Assembly (NCBI GenBank): GCA_964106915.2
Contig: OZ066914.1
Source of the DNA: Podarcis gaigeae
Taxonomy: Eukaryota
Reading direction: 5' to 3' (one strand)
Length of the DNA stretch: 64,000 nucleotides
Within the stretch, counting starts at the first letter, position 1; each line of letters starts with the position of its first letter. Position numbers and translations under genes: made by a program. Shown in pieces: positions 13,901-27,000 of the stretch. The notes below the pieces were generated by a model. It was not told the origin of the DNA. It did not search any database and saw nothing but the letters and a program-made list of their open reading frames with translations.

Positions 13901-16900
13901 CAACCCAATGTATTTTGGAGGTTCAGGCAAAAAAAATACATAAATCCAAATTGTACCTTCCAACGAAAAAATAGATAAATAAAAAGCAGACACTTTGCCA
14001 CCCTTCAGTGGCAATCTAAGTCTGCTGCCTGAGGCAATCCACCACCCCAGCTAATGGTACTGCCAACTGTTCGCAACCCACTGCAAGCTTAAGCCACTTA
14101 ACTCTGCACTGAAGCATAGACTTCATATTCACCGTGTCTGGCCCAGTCCAGGATTTATTAAAGTCAGGGTTATGGGATCAAATCTGCCATGAATATTATA
14201 CACTGATCGCATTTCTCAGCAGGCAACTCAAAGAGAACTCCTTTGACTAGGGCCAGCCTGGATGTTCAACAGCCAGTCCTACTGACTGTGTTCCATCTTC
14301 AGTAGTGGCTGTATTGTAGGTCATTTTAAGGTGAACAAGGTTTTAGAAAGTATTTATCCTCACACCTCCCTTTCAAAATGTGCCTGTCCCACAGTGATGC
14401 AGAGATAAGCACTACAATCCAGGGACACAGACCTAGGCTTGAACTGAAAACCTTCAACTTTGTAGTTAAAGCTTTAGGTTTGTGTTTCCCAAACTTGAGT
14501 CTCCAGCTGTTTTTAGACTACAGTTCTCATCGTCTCTGACCACTGGTCCTGCTAGGTAGGAATGATGGGAGTTGTAGTCCAAAAACAGTTGGCAACCCAA
14601 ATTTGGGAAACACTGCTGTAGATTGCCATTCTCACAATTAGGACCTCACTGGAGCAAACAAAATAGCTATCAGTGCTAAGAGCTGTTACCCATGGGTGTA
14701 GCCAGGATTTTTTTGGGGCGCCAGAACCAATGTGATTCGTCAGTTAAGTATTTCTATTGTTTTGCTTGATCTAGAGGGGAAGCTGCCCCCCTTGGCTATG
14801 CCCATGCTGTTGTCTCAGTCCCCATGCACCCCAGTCATGTGTTCTGTTAGACAATGCATTTGCCATTTCAAAAAAATCAGAACTCCTCAAACAGGACACT
14901 GGCCAGTCACTAAACCACAACTGCAAGCAATCAGACTTTCAGGTTTCCTTGTCCAGAAGGGAAATCAATAGCTCCCTGAAACTCCGCACTAGTTTACACT
15001 GCATAGTCAGGAAAGTCACAGGAGCATTCCAACAGCTGAAGGGCAAACCCACAATACAGGCCTCATCGTAATACCGCACATAAAATACAATTGTCTGTTT
15101 AACTTCCAGAGTTACACAGATATCGCTTTGCAACTTACTTTTCTGGCTCCCCGCCCCCTCCTGAGGAAAAGTAATCACAGACTAAATCAGTGGGGCCTGA
15201 CAACTGGCCTGGTCTCAGTAGAGTTGTTAGAATTTTCCATATTTAACTTGTCCCCTGCAGAAAACTTTATGGTTACAATGAGGGAAGAATAATTTATTTG
15301 CTAAGACTGAGAATTTTTAGAAGGATTAAGCAGTGCAGAAGAAGCGTACCTAAAATATTGACTTCAGCTGGCGCCATCCTTTCTAGAATGCGTAGATTAA
15401 GGTTGTTGCCATTGCACAAGACAAGAAGCAACACCATCCTGACTTTTAGATCTCAAGAGCAGAAAAGGATCAGATTCTCTTTTTTGCTTACAAATGGAAC
15501 CTGGCACCATGGAAGATCTCAAACTAGTTTCACAACCGTGCCAAGTACTGCACTGTTATTTGCTTCTTTCCATATATCTGCATCTCAGGTGGAGCACTCC
15601 CAAGTTACTTGTGACACTGCTCTCCCTTTCTCTTTCCCCAGGGGCTTCAGTGTGACGTCTGGGGGGCAGACCCGTATCTTTAAGCCCATTTCAGTCCAGA
15701 CCATGTGGTAAGCAAGGCTGTCAGTCAGGGTGAAAAGCTCAAGGACATGTGTGGGAAGGGATGAATGTGGGGAACAAGGATATAGTTGCCACTATTGCTT
15801 TTGGTAGGCTGGGAGAGGGGCATTATGGAGGAAAATGGGAAGAGAGATGTGCATTCTCTGATGGCAGTGGTAGCCTCCAGAGGATTTTTTTAGCGCATCT
15901 CTGATGTCTGATTGTCATCTCTGCTCTCAGGTCAGCGCTGCAAGTGCTGCACAAGGCATGCAGCGAAGCCATCTGCAACAACCATTTCCCAGGAGGCAGT
16001 GCGTTGAGCTGGACCGAGTGGTATCAGAAGGCTGTGAACTCGGAGCAGAGCTGCATTAATGAATGGCTAGCCATGTCCGACTTGGAATCTGTGCGGCCCA
16101 CTTCTCCTGCAGCCTTCTCTGACCAGTCAGTGATGGCCCTTCCCCTCCTAGGGCTGGTTATAGGCTGTGAATGATGTAGTCAGCAGAGCTGCAGTGGTTC
16201 AATACCATGCAGTAGTCCAAAGCACAGACATTTCAGGTGGCCCTGCTAGCCAGTTTTAGGGACTACTGTGCAGAAAGTGCTTCTTCTGTAGGTCATGAAA
16301 GGGAGGGGTCCTTGTTTTTTTTGTAATAATAAGGGAGGGAGGGAGATGCTGATCAGAGACACAGATCAGAGCAGAAGCCCACCCCCAGTTTAGGTCACAT
16401 AGCATCATTTTTTGTGGTGCACTGGAGTGGAGTGGTTTGGGTACCAAACTAGTACTTGAGAGAGACCCAGGTTAACATTCTCACCTAGCCATTGAGTTCA
16501 CAGGGTGATATTGGGTCAGTCAGAGCCTAACCTACTTCACAGCAACTTGTGAGGATAAAATTGAGCTGGGGGGGGGGGGAGTAATCCTTAAGGCCCTCAG
16601 AGGAAGCTCAGGACATACATGCAATAAATGAACAAGCATGTTTACAAATGCGTAAAAGCTATCCAGGGAAATGCAAAACTTTGGCATGGTGTCAAGATTT
16701 GTAACCCTACTGCCAATGGGGGAGGGATGCTCTAGGCGTGCCATGGTATCTGGGGCAGAGTCTGGCGAGCCAAGAGCTTTGCCGACCCTCCGTCTCTGTG
16801 CCTCAGGCCGACAGCACAGGAGATGACAGAGCGGATGATCCGGGCCAAGCTGCGTGAGGTGATGGCCACCACTGACCTGGAGAACATCACCTCCAAGGAG

Positions 16901-19900
16901 GTGGGATGTTGGGCCAAGGGGGTGAGGGAGGAGGGGGCAGGGGAGAGAGAATGTGGGGGAATGGAGACGTGTGTGAGGGGGGGTGTGAGAGAGAGAGAGG
17001 GTATGGGAGCAAGGTATGTAAAACAGGGACTGGGAAGGGAATGTGGGAAAGCAGGGGTATGTATAGGGGTTGGAGTGATGGGTGAGGGACAGGGAATGGG
17101 CATTCATTAAAAAGCAGCCAGGCTCAAAAGCGACCACAGGCACTCACAAGCTCCCTCCCTCTCTTCCTGCAGATCCGTACAGAACTGGAGCGGAGAGCCG
17201 GTCGGAGCCTGAACGACTATAAGGAGTTTATTGACAATGAAATGCTTCTCATTATGGCTCAGATGGATCGGCCCTCCAGGATTTTTGACTATCTCTACTT
17301 GGTGAGGAAGTACAGGAGAGGGACCCATGATGCCAGCAGACTGGAGCTCCAAGCCCCTAAAAATGGCAGTCCCTCCTCTCAACTTAAGAGTCCTCAAAAT
17401 TCTTTCCTGGAATGGCAGGAAGATGGAAGCCTTGCTGTTATTTTGAGGCCTCCAGGCTTTGCCTTCCCTTCCACCATAAGAGGACGCAAAGCCCCCTGTA
17501 AAGCCTTCCCCTTATACTACCTACAGGGCCTTCTTGAGAGATAGCATGGGGCAGCAGATTTATATTCTTTACTTCATACAAAGTTGAAGATCACAGCAAG
17601 CAGCTAAGGCTGCAATTCTAAATGGATGGTTTGCACTGAAAAGGCTCCATCTTTGGTGGCCATCAGTCTAGCCTCAACAGGTGGTGGAACGTACAGAACA
17701 GCCTTGGAAGCTGACCTAAGAAACTGGACAGGCGCTATTAAATTAGTATACTGCCCTATACCTGTAGGTCTCAGGGCGGTTCACAGTTACTCCCTCACAT
17801 AAAAATCACAACCAAGCACATCAGGAAGATGACTCTCTGCTATCTTTCTACATGCTGGCAATTTTTCCTGTTGGGGACATATTCAAAACTTCAGTTCCTT
17901 CACCCGCCCAGTCTGCAATGGTATAAGCTAGGAGGGACTCTTCCACATGATTTGGCTAAATGTGTTCAGTTTTGAGTATTTAATGAGCAATTGCAGGATG
18001 GCTGAATGTTTGTGAACTATTTGCACTTGCCTGGGACTGAGCTCTGTGCATGGTGTTGTTCCTTTTTGTCCCAGGGATCTGAATGGAATGCAGCCAACTT
18101 TGAGGAGCTTCAAAGGAACAGGTATGTCACCAAAAGATGCTGCTCAGAGAGCAAGACTAGTACCTTCGGGAACTTCATCTGATCTGGATTCCTTGGACAC
18201 TGAGATGACCATTTGGCACACCTCTCTGTGTAAACTTGCCTTCTAGTCAGAAGGGATTTCTACTATGCATTCCAACCCGACTCTGAGATACTGAGCAACT
18301 GCAGTGGGGGATGTTTAGGAAATGGGACATGGTTTAGTTAGTGGAGGCCATGCTAAAAACATGGTGGAAAAGAGCTGCTCACATTCTCTGTCGATTACTC
18401 CTTGCCTTGCCTTACAGGGTCAGCCACATCCTTAATGTCACCCGTGAAATCGACAACTTCTTCCCAGAGCACTTTACGTACATGAATGTCCGGCTCTATG
18501 ATGAGGAAACCTCACAGCTGCTGCCGCACTGGAAGGAAACCTACAACTTCATTTCGGCTGCCTGGTGAGAAGTGGACACCAAGGTGGTAGTTGTGATTTC
18601 AGCTGCAGCACTTGTGTATTGCAAGCTAGGCTTACCAACATGGTCCCCAGCTAGTCAACGGGATTGCAGGCACAGAAATGGGCTTTTCAGTGGGAATCCA
18701 AAGGCTGAGGTAGAAGAGAAGGGCTCTTGCCACAAAAAGCCCCCACCTCCCTGAATGAAATGTCAGCTGTTGTTTGAGAGGGCCTGTGATACCAGGTAGG
18801 ACTGTCAACCCATTCTCTCCTCCCAGAAGATTTTGCAGGTGAGAATTTGGCACAGCCCATGATGATGATGATGATGATAATCCCATCAGACTGGGTTGCC
18901 CCAATACATCCCCTACTTCATTAAGAAGTACGATGCCATCAGTTCCTAGCTTTTGATCTCTGTCAGATTTGACACAGCCAGTTACTCATTTGGAAGAGCA
19001 AGCAGCTGAATTCATCCATCTCCTCCCAGCACTCTAACCACTACACCACACTGGCTGTTGAACAACCATAATGTTTTCCGAGCAGCAATGATAGTCACTT
19101 GCTTGGATTCATCATGATCACAGCAGAGTGGCCTCAGCATAATATAACTAATCTGTGCCTTGGCAAGTGTTGAGTTAGGCCAGGAAGCTGGGGTATCCTA
19201 CTCTTGGGTGAGGGTACAGCAACTGGATGCTGAATTTCATGACTGTCCTGGGTGATGCTGTAGCTCTGCTTATAGCAAATATTCATTCCCCACAGGGCAC
19301 AAGGCTCTCGGGTGTTGGTGCACTGCAAGATGGGCGTGAGCCGCTCTGGCTCCACAGTGATTGCATATGCCATGAAGGAGTACGGGTGGTCACTTGAGCA
19401 GGCCCTTTCCCATGTACGGGAACGACGCCCAATTGTCCACCCCAATCCAGGATTCATGAGACAGCTGGAGCTTTACCAGGGCATTCTGGACGCAAGGTAA
19501 ATCCAAGGGGAGGGAGAGCAGGTCTGGTCACTGTGTATGTATGTGGGGAGGGCAAGGGAGACTGATGGGAGCTGCAGCTGACCAGCCTGATCAGACCACA
19601 GCAGAAGGCTTTGTTTTTATTGTCCAAGAGCCAAGCTACATGTTACATGCAACAGCATGATGATCCTCTTAGACTGGAAAGTCTACTTTCAGTGGGGCTA
19701 TTGGGATCAAAGAAGATCTCCCCTTCCTGGGATTCTAAGCACCTGTGTGCAAAGGCAAACAGGAAAGATTCCGTGTGGAAAAAAATGATGGGGGTGCCAA
19801 AGAGTGGCAAGGAAAAGATCCGGCATCCATGCCATCTGCTCCATTTCCAACTTCCACTCCAAAGCACTTCTTCCAGTTAAAAAGGGCTGTTTCGTATTGT

Positions 19901-21280
19901 TATGCACACGATATTTAATCTTAAACAGGGAGCCACTGATAGCAAAATTGTCCCACACTAATAGTGCAGCAAAAATTAAATAGACATTGTGATTATCTTT
20001 AATATGTGTAATTAATGCTTCTCACTGTAATTCAAAGTCCATTCTTTATTTGGTTCTTTATTTAGCATTCCTTGCTGAATAATCTCTTACATTGTTCGCC
20101 TCATGTTACTACACAGCCGACACAGCAGCCTATGGGAACAAAAGGCAGGAGATGCCCACTCAGAAGATTCTCCAGATATAAGTGATGCCAGCAGTGATCC
20201 TTCAGGAAGCCCATACTACGAGACTTTAAGCTCAGAAGAAGAACCAGAGGAGCCAGTGACAACCCCCCAATATTGCTTTCGTCCTTTGCGGGAACCTCCT
20301 GAAGAACCTCACCATCCCGTTGACCCTACTGATAGTCCCAGGCTCAGTCTTCAGGCCACAGAAGAACCTGGGGCATCGGATGACTCTGGAGCTGAGGAAG
20401 TGCGAAGACACCTGGCTACGATGAGAGTGCCAGAGAAGCCAGCCACGCTCAGACGGGAACGCATCAATCTCTATGCTGTCATGCGCAGCATCAGTGAAAT
20501 GGACAGCCCAGAACGCCACATCTCTGTACCAGAGTGTGCTGCTGAGGAAGAGGTAAGAGGGTCATGTAAGGGCATGCTCCCAGAGAGAGGCAAGTGGAAA
20601 GAGTGAGGGAACTTATAATGGAGCCTCAAGGCATACAAGGGAAACAAAAATGGCAATGCATAAATCAGTGGATCTGAAACCTCAGCTAATGCGAAGATAA
20701 ATGGTAGAGGCAGGATGAAGGAAAATCCTTTGTAATTGCTGGCCCTCATTCAATCTACCTCTTCTTCCTCCAACAGGTATTTCTTCATGATGAAAAGAAG
20801 AAGACTGTGACCTTTGAGCCATTTCCCCAAAATGAAGAGAATTCAGGGTCAGGAACAGACTCTACAGCAAAGGTGCCACTGCCAGAGGAAGAGGAGGCTC
20901 AGGGTCGCAGGGCCAGGCGACGTGGGCGGAGGGCTCACCGGGGACGTCGCCATGTCTGCAAGCAGCTTTCATACTACCCGGCACCAGGCAGGGTGCGCAA
21001 AGTTGTCCAGCGCATGGAGGGCCCTGTCCCATTTGGCCGCAGGCCCGCCTTACAACACCGGCTCTCTGTGGCTCAGCTGGCTGATGCTGCCCTGGTGGTG
21101 AGCCGGGCCAAGGAGTTTGAGGGACACACAGATCCCGAAGGACCAGACAAGCTCCGGTCCCCTTCTCCTCAGGAATCCAAACCTGAGGAAAGCACTACCC
21201 TCTGTTCTTCCTTGCCCTGCTCCCGGTCCCGGCGGATGGTTCGCCAGGCCAGCGTAGACATGGACCCCAACTCAGGGTGA
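1492..21280 (+). CDS. SSH3: Protein phosphatase Slingshot homolog 3 (767 aa, 14 coding exons)
   Basis: join(1492..1557,6454..6491,8713..8902,11412..11530,12716..12787,15642..15707,15931..16125,16807..16900,17173..17301,18075..18121,18418..18564,19296..19496,20117..20552,20777..21280) = 2304 nt, all GT-AG and phase-consistent. Shows the Slingshot N-terminus [10 protein letters not shown], the A/B domain motifs ([25 protein letters not shown]; [22 protein letters not shown]), a DEK-C-like region and the DSP catalytic loop [11 protein letters not shown]3-type C-terminal motifs are [12 protein letters not shown] and [13 protein letters not shown]4 is nearby, as in human 11q13. Confidence 0.95.
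2660..2775. mobile_element. MITE with 14-bp TIRs
   Basis: TAAGGTTACCAGAT...ATCTGGTAACCTTA. Confidence 0.6.
7181..7380 (-). mobile_element. L2-clade LINE ORF2 fragment
   Basis: Peptide [18 protein letters not shown]...[15 protein letters not shown]...ITPLLKELH resembles the L2/CR1-group post-RT region. Confidence 0.75.
8438..8625 (+). mobile_element. tRNA-derived squamate SINE (Squam3-like); partial copy at ~2440-2580
   Basis: GGGAAGGGCCGTAGTTCAGTGGTAGAGC A-box, GGTTCAGTCCC B-box, body CCTGAAACTCTAGAGAGCTGCTG and end AAGGCAGCTTC. Confidence 0.65.
12445..12662. mobile_element. hAT-type non-autonomous element
   Basis: CAGGGGCCAGCAAACT...AGTTTGCCTACCCATG termini typical of squamate hAT MITEs. 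Confidence 0.55.
13520..13630 (+). mobile_element. LINE 3'-end (L2-like), same family as 39997-40147
   Basis: AGGGAAGTTTTTAAT...GGGAGCCGCCCAGATTGGCTGGGGAAACCCAGCCGGATGGGCGGGGTATAAATAAA plus a (GAT)n tail. Confidence 0.7.
13655..13860. mobile_element. Penelope-like element remnant with inverted terminal segment
   Basis: AAATTCCTTCCAGTAGCAC..CTTAGAGACCA is inverted relative to TGGTCTCTAAGGTGCTACTGGAAGGATTT; GAAGTGTGCATGTACACGAAAGCTCAT core typical of squamate Penelope ends. Confidence 0.6.
14482..14615. mobile_element. Palindromic hAT-type MITE
   Basis: GTGTTTCCCAAACTTG...CAAATTTGGGAAACAC termini with internal inverted GACTACA / TGTAGTC segments. Confidence 0.65.
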
Positions 21281-21938
21281 AGCCCTTGCTGTGGCATTTC
21301 TCCCTTTCTTCTGTTCATAAGTGGAGTGATAAATGGAGCCCTGAAGGCCAAACAGGTTCACTTCCTATTGTTGGGGGCTTCTTTCCTCTGCCTGAAGCAC
21401 TATTGGCAGCTGGTGTGGGAAGTGGCAATTTAAAGCTGCCTGGGAGAAGGGCAGGAAAGAGGAGGAAGGGAGACCATCCCTTTAAGAGACTATAGTGCTT
21501 CACAGGCTCTCCATCTCTTTCCATAGCTATGGAACTGCACTGGGGGGCAACCAGCGCTCTTATGGGGCTCTGTCCCATCCACTTATTTCAGACCTCTAAA
21601 TGGCCTTGATTTATACTGCAGGCACTTCTGCTGCTTCCTTCAACACACTTTTGATAACACTACCCTTTGTTAAAGCCGGGGGGTCCCTGTGGGCTCCCAA
21701 GATGTCGCTGGGCTCTTAACTCTCTCCAGCCCTACCAGCATGGTGAATGGTCAGAGGTGATGAGAGTAGCAGTCCAGCACATGAGGAGGGCTCTGGGCTC
21801 CCCACATCCCTGCTTTATGAGGTGGGACCAGGGAAGTAGTATCTCACTGTGATCATAACCGGGGAAGAAATGCCCCCTGTTTACTTTTGCACACACATAC
21901 GCAACCACTGTGCCATTGCCAGCTTCACTCTGCTTGGG

Positions 21939-21944
21939 AATAAA
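21939..21944 (+). terminator. Probable SSH3 polyadenylation signal AATAAA
   Basis: AATAAA ~660 nt after the stop codon, followed by GT/T-rich downstream sequence. Confidence 0.65.
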
Positions 21945-23099
21945 AGAGTTGGTTAACTTTCCACTTGCTGGAACTCTGGTCTTGTCCTTTTCTTTGAAAT
22001 GTGTGCCCTAATGCTTGGGACCTAATCTGTGACCACAAACTCGCCTACCTGAGGGAGGGAAACAGGGGAGTCTTTTCCTCTGGCTAGGCTACTCAGTATC
22101 CACACAGCTGTGGGGCTCTGTTAAAGACAGTGTGGCTGCGTGGTAATAGCTGGCCATTTGCGTTAGGTGGAACAACGGGTCAGTAAAGAATCCCACAACA
22201 TCTGGCTGTTTGCAGAATCAGTTTTCTGTGGGCCCCTCGATCATGCCGTGAGCTGAGTTTTACCTATGCAGAATGAGGGCGCAGCTCACCATGTGACCAG
22301 TAGAGTGTGCAGACAGCAAAGCACATAGTCACACTCGCCCCAACTTCTCTGAGTGGTGACGAATCCCAGGGAGAATTGGCGAGCCTGGTTTCATTACACG
22401 TAAGCATCAGAACCTCTAGCGGAGGGTGGGGAGAAACTACAGTTACCAGCACCCCTTTCGGTCCGCTTCCTGCTTGCGCCATGGCGTCGTTGCGTAATTT
22501 TGCGTCGTCGCCATCTCATGCCTGCTAAAAAGAACAGAGCTAGGAACTTAATAGAGTAGCTTGTCTCATTGTCAGATATGAGGAAGCTGGATGTACTTTT
22601 TTTTTTGTCTCCAGCTGAAAGCGAGAGCTGCCCTTGGTAATTGACTGTGAGATTCAAGATTTCAGCGTGGTTATTTACTGAGAAGCAGAACCAGAAAGTA
22701 TTCAGAGAGACAGCAGCTGATTCAGGCCTTACTTCGCGTGGAAATGAGTGCCCTGCCAGTGCTAGTACAGTCCAATATTACAGAGGAGCATGGCTTTCAG
22801 CAGCCTTGCAATGTAGAGTCACTGAATGAAGGGTGGAAGCAGGACTGAGGCTGCCTTAAATTTCCAGGCCAAAGTCCAATCAGGTTCATAGCGGTCAATG
22901 TTTCCCTTTTTTTAAGGGAAATTCCCTTATTCTGAATAGGATTCCTCGCAAGAAAAGGGGAAAGTTGACGTCTATGATCGGGTTTCAGTATGAGTGGCAC
23001 GTTAATTGGATTGTGCCCCCAGCAGCTGCACTTCAGAAAAGTTGCGCACAGAAGCCCTGCGTTTACTAACTTGTAGGCAGAAGAGTTGCACTGTTAAAT

Positions 23100-24000
23100 G
23101 TTAAAGCAAATCTAAAATACCGGAAGTAGATCCCTGTATGTCACTCTAACCAGTGAAGTCTATGCTACCTAGCGAGTAACTGTCTCGTTCTCGCCGCTAG
23201 GTGGATGTTGAAACAAAACTACCGTGACCATCATGCCCTGCGGCCACGGCAAGGGGGCGGGGACTAGGACACATGCGCAGAACGCTCTTTCCTTGTTGCT
23301 ATGGGAGCCTACGGCAGGACAGCTGCTGGGAAGAGGTAGAATCCGCGTTCTCTTTTGTTCCTCCGCTGCGACGGCGGCATTTTGGCACCTGTCGCGACTC
23401 TTTCCCGGCTGGGGTTTGCGCCGGCGGCGGCCCCTCGTTGCCATGGCGACGTTGGCGTTGCCTCTCGCGTTCTAAAGATGCGCCGGGAGACGGCGAGGGA
23501 GGCAGCGAGGCCTCCGCCTGGGAGGATGTCACGTCCGCAGATCATCCACAGCGGCCACTTCATGGTGTCGGAGCCCCACGCCGACCCGGACCCGGACCCC
23601 GAGGCGGCTCTGAGCCAGCCAGGCCAAGGCGCCCCGCCGAGCGCGGCGGAGCGAGCGAGAAGGGCCGGCTCCGCGCGGAAGGCCGCGGCAGGGAAGGCTG
23701 GTGACGGGGCCCAGCTGGCCTCCGCCGCCGCCGCCGCTTACGACTTCGACACGGTGGACGAGGCCGCGTGCCTGTGCTACCGCTACGGGCCTCGAAGCAG
23801 CGGAGCCCTCAGCATCGACCCTTCGCTCACGAAGCTCTTCGAATGCATGACGCTCGCCTATAGGTAAGGGCGGGGCGGGGCGGGCAGGGCAGCCCCCGAG
23901 CCAACGGGGGGCAGCGGGAAGTGTGTGTCTGGGGGGAAGGGATAGAGAAGGGCCCGCCCGGAGGCTGCCCTTTCTTGCCTCCGGCCCTTGCCTCTCGGGA
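23100..24000 (+). promoter_or_regulatory. CpG-island promoter of the Mondo-family gene (ETS, GC-box, NRF1-like and RFX X-box motifs)
   Basis: ACCGGAAGT (~23119), GGGGCGGGG (~23253), CATGCGCA (~23272), GTTGCTATGGGAGC (23295-23308) and near-palindromic GTTGCCATGGCGAC (23437-23450) lie in a CpG-rich region covering exon 1. Confidence 0.65.
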
Positions 24001-27000
24001 TGCATTCAGGGAACCAGACTATGCCTTGGGAACTGCAGCACGACGAATTAGCCTGCCATTCATACGCAAGATATACTAGTATGCATGCAGATAAACGATA
24101 CTAAGAGAATCCAAATGCAGGTAACTTGGCATCGTTAAGTAAAAGCCTCGGATTCCTTGTAACTACAGACATAAAAGGAATTTTCACCCAAGAAGGCATT
24201 TCAAAGGCGCAGCTTGCCTTTGTCGTGTCTGCCATGCCAAGTTGAAATCTAAATGAGTGTATAAATCTAGATTTGTAGCTGCCAGTTAAGAAGTGCTCCC
24301 CTACAATCTTTCCTTCCACTTTAAGAACTTTCACTTATGAGAGGGAGGTTCTCACGCATCATGTGTGAGAACAGAGTAGTCAAGGAACGAAACTGACATT
24401 TTAGAGTCAGAAACGCATACATCTGTTGAAACCAACAAATCCAGTTTTGTAGTTAAAAAAAAGCAGGGGGCCTAGATATGACATAGAGTTGTGCCTAGTT
24501 CTCCAGCATTCTACTACCACTTGCTTTCTGGTACAGTTTTATTTATTTATTTACTCACTCACTCACTCTGGTTGCAGTTCTACACACAAGGGATTAGAAT
24601 CAATGAATAAGTCTCATTGAACTCCGTAGGAGTTACTTCTGAGAAAAGGTGCAGAGGATTGCACTGCTACTTATTTTACTGTGTTTGCAAGGTGCCCAAT
24701 AGCGTCTCTAGTGGCATATGGGAATATGTTCATATAAGCATAGCATAGAGGAGGGGAACTGACACTAACTTTAGTCTTCCCAGAAAATCATGTCAGAAAA
24801 GCACATTTTGCTGCTTAGACAGTGCTTCTGACCCATACATATTACTTTGGTTTTTATCTAGCCCATTTACAGTGTATCTCATACCCCAGTTGACTTGTTC
24901 ATTAAGCTGTCAAGTCCTTTAATCTACTCCTTTAATGTGTGGAAAGGAGAGAAAGTCTTAAATAACAGAAATTTCTATTTGACAGAGTGTAGTGGATAGA
25001 TAGTTATCATGAGTATTAAAGTGAGAAATGGACCGTGACCCAAGTTGCCCTGCCAGATGCTAGAGACATAATATCAAAAAGCTGTCTGGGTTATGTGGGA
25101 TTAAATATCATAAAGTATATCCACTGTGGTAAAGGTCTGTTTTGTCCCCTTTCTGATAGTAGTGTTGCTAAAGCATAAAAACTTGGCAAATTATATAAAC
25201 AGGAAGTTTTCACAGGACATGTATTTCTTCCTGTGCTCCCTTTAGCTTCTTAATAGAATTTTAATGTGAACTCTTGTGTAGAATTTTAATGATTTATGTT
25301 AAGGAACTAATTGGCTTGTTTTGCACAGTCTAGTTTTAATTATTGTTACCTGTGCTGTACTACGTTGAAAATTAATACATGCCCTGAATTTTTTGAATTG
25401 GTTGCCCCCCCCCCCAAACTTTTCTGTGAAGTAGGAAAGAAACTTGAGCAATGAAACAGGCTGCTTAGGGAGGTAATGAAATTTGCTTCGTTGGAAACTT
25501 TCAAAGAAAGGCTGGGTGGGCAACTCTCTGGAATGTTTTACATTACTGTGCTTAAGGGCATAACTTGGACTAGATTAGGGATCAAAAACTTGCAGTCTGC
25601 TCGCTGCATATGGCACCCAGAACACTTGATTGCTGGCTGTGTGCCTCTTAAAGTTTAGAAATTCTAGTGTTTCTTTTTTAAAGTAACATTTGACATGATT
25701 GCATAGACCATTTTGGACATGTGATGGTAAAACAACAACTCTCTTTTCTGGTTCTTGGTGCCAAACAGCCTATCCTGCACTGGTCTTGACCTTTGGGATT
25801 TCTCCTAGTTCTAAAAATAATTAAAATAAAAAGTACCACACTGTTTTAACCAGTATCCCTTTCCCAGGAATGTCTGGCCTTGATGTTAGCATATAGAGTT
25901 TTGAATTAAATAGCTGTAGTCCTTTCATATAAAAGTTGTATTCTTACCAGAGTTGCACATTCAGCAGTATGTTGCAGACTAGCTTCCCAACCAATATATT
26001 TGCTGCAAAATTACTGCTTCTGCCATTGAGATCATCTCCTTGTAAATATATATCTATGAAGCAGCTTTAAATCAAGAAAAAAAGTGTCCCAGCATTTTCA
26101 GCAACCTAGTGAACTGGAATAGATCCGCAGAACTGGTTTTTTTGGGTCGGTTCTTTGACTTCCAGCATTATGACATTTCAGACGTTGACTCCTTTAGGTA
26201 TTTTCTAGTTAATCTCCCACAACATTATGAGATGTCATCTTGGACTAAGCAAAAGGACAAAGGTAGTATGAGGAGTTTGAATGCCTGAAGAAATCCCCGC
26301 AACAGAGTCCTTTTTGACATTAACTTTGTCAAAAGTTCAGTTTACCATATACCTGAGCCCACTGGTTTCAGCTGGCAGTGCAAGCCTCTGCCCCCAGCCA
26401 GTGAAATAGACATTACATTTTGCTCAGTAGTAACAGAGAATCATATATTGTATCTTTCACAGCTATGCATTAGAACTGTGACTGATCTATCTTCCTGGGA
26501 TTATTCATTATTCATTCTGTCTCAAGCAGGTGCAATTTTGAATAAGAAGCTGTTGTGGCAGAATAGCAAAGGGGCATGGGTTCTGAACAGTATCTTGTTT
26601 GTTCTTTTACACAACTGTTCAGTGAAACAGCTGCCATGTTTGAAATGTAATGGGGCAGGGTGCAATAGGGTGGCATGAGAGTGTGGTCCAATACGCTTAG
26701 TGTGAGGATTTTTATGTGGGATGTTTGTGCACCTTCAAGTGAACTTCTGTAGGGCAGAATATGAGTGTGTGTTGCTGCTGATTAAACAGGGTGCGTGGGT
26801 GGAATGCAAGCTGCCAGTGTATGCCTGTATTCCTAAGGAGATGCTGGCTCATTATAATTTCTTCTCCTTCGTAAGAACATACAGATGAGGCACAGTTTTA
26901 CTTTAGCGGTGGAAGAAATAAACCCCTGAATTAACCTTCTAAGATGTTTTTAATCATTTGGATTACTCAAGTCAATACTATATTTCTCTGTTGTAGAGAT

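Noticed and set aside
24351-24370. CACGCA-TCA-TGTGTG palindrome as a ChoRE for autoregulation
   Set aside because: The spacer is 3 nt rather than 5 and the half-sites are poor; no convincing ChoRE was found by eye (a PWM scan was not possible).
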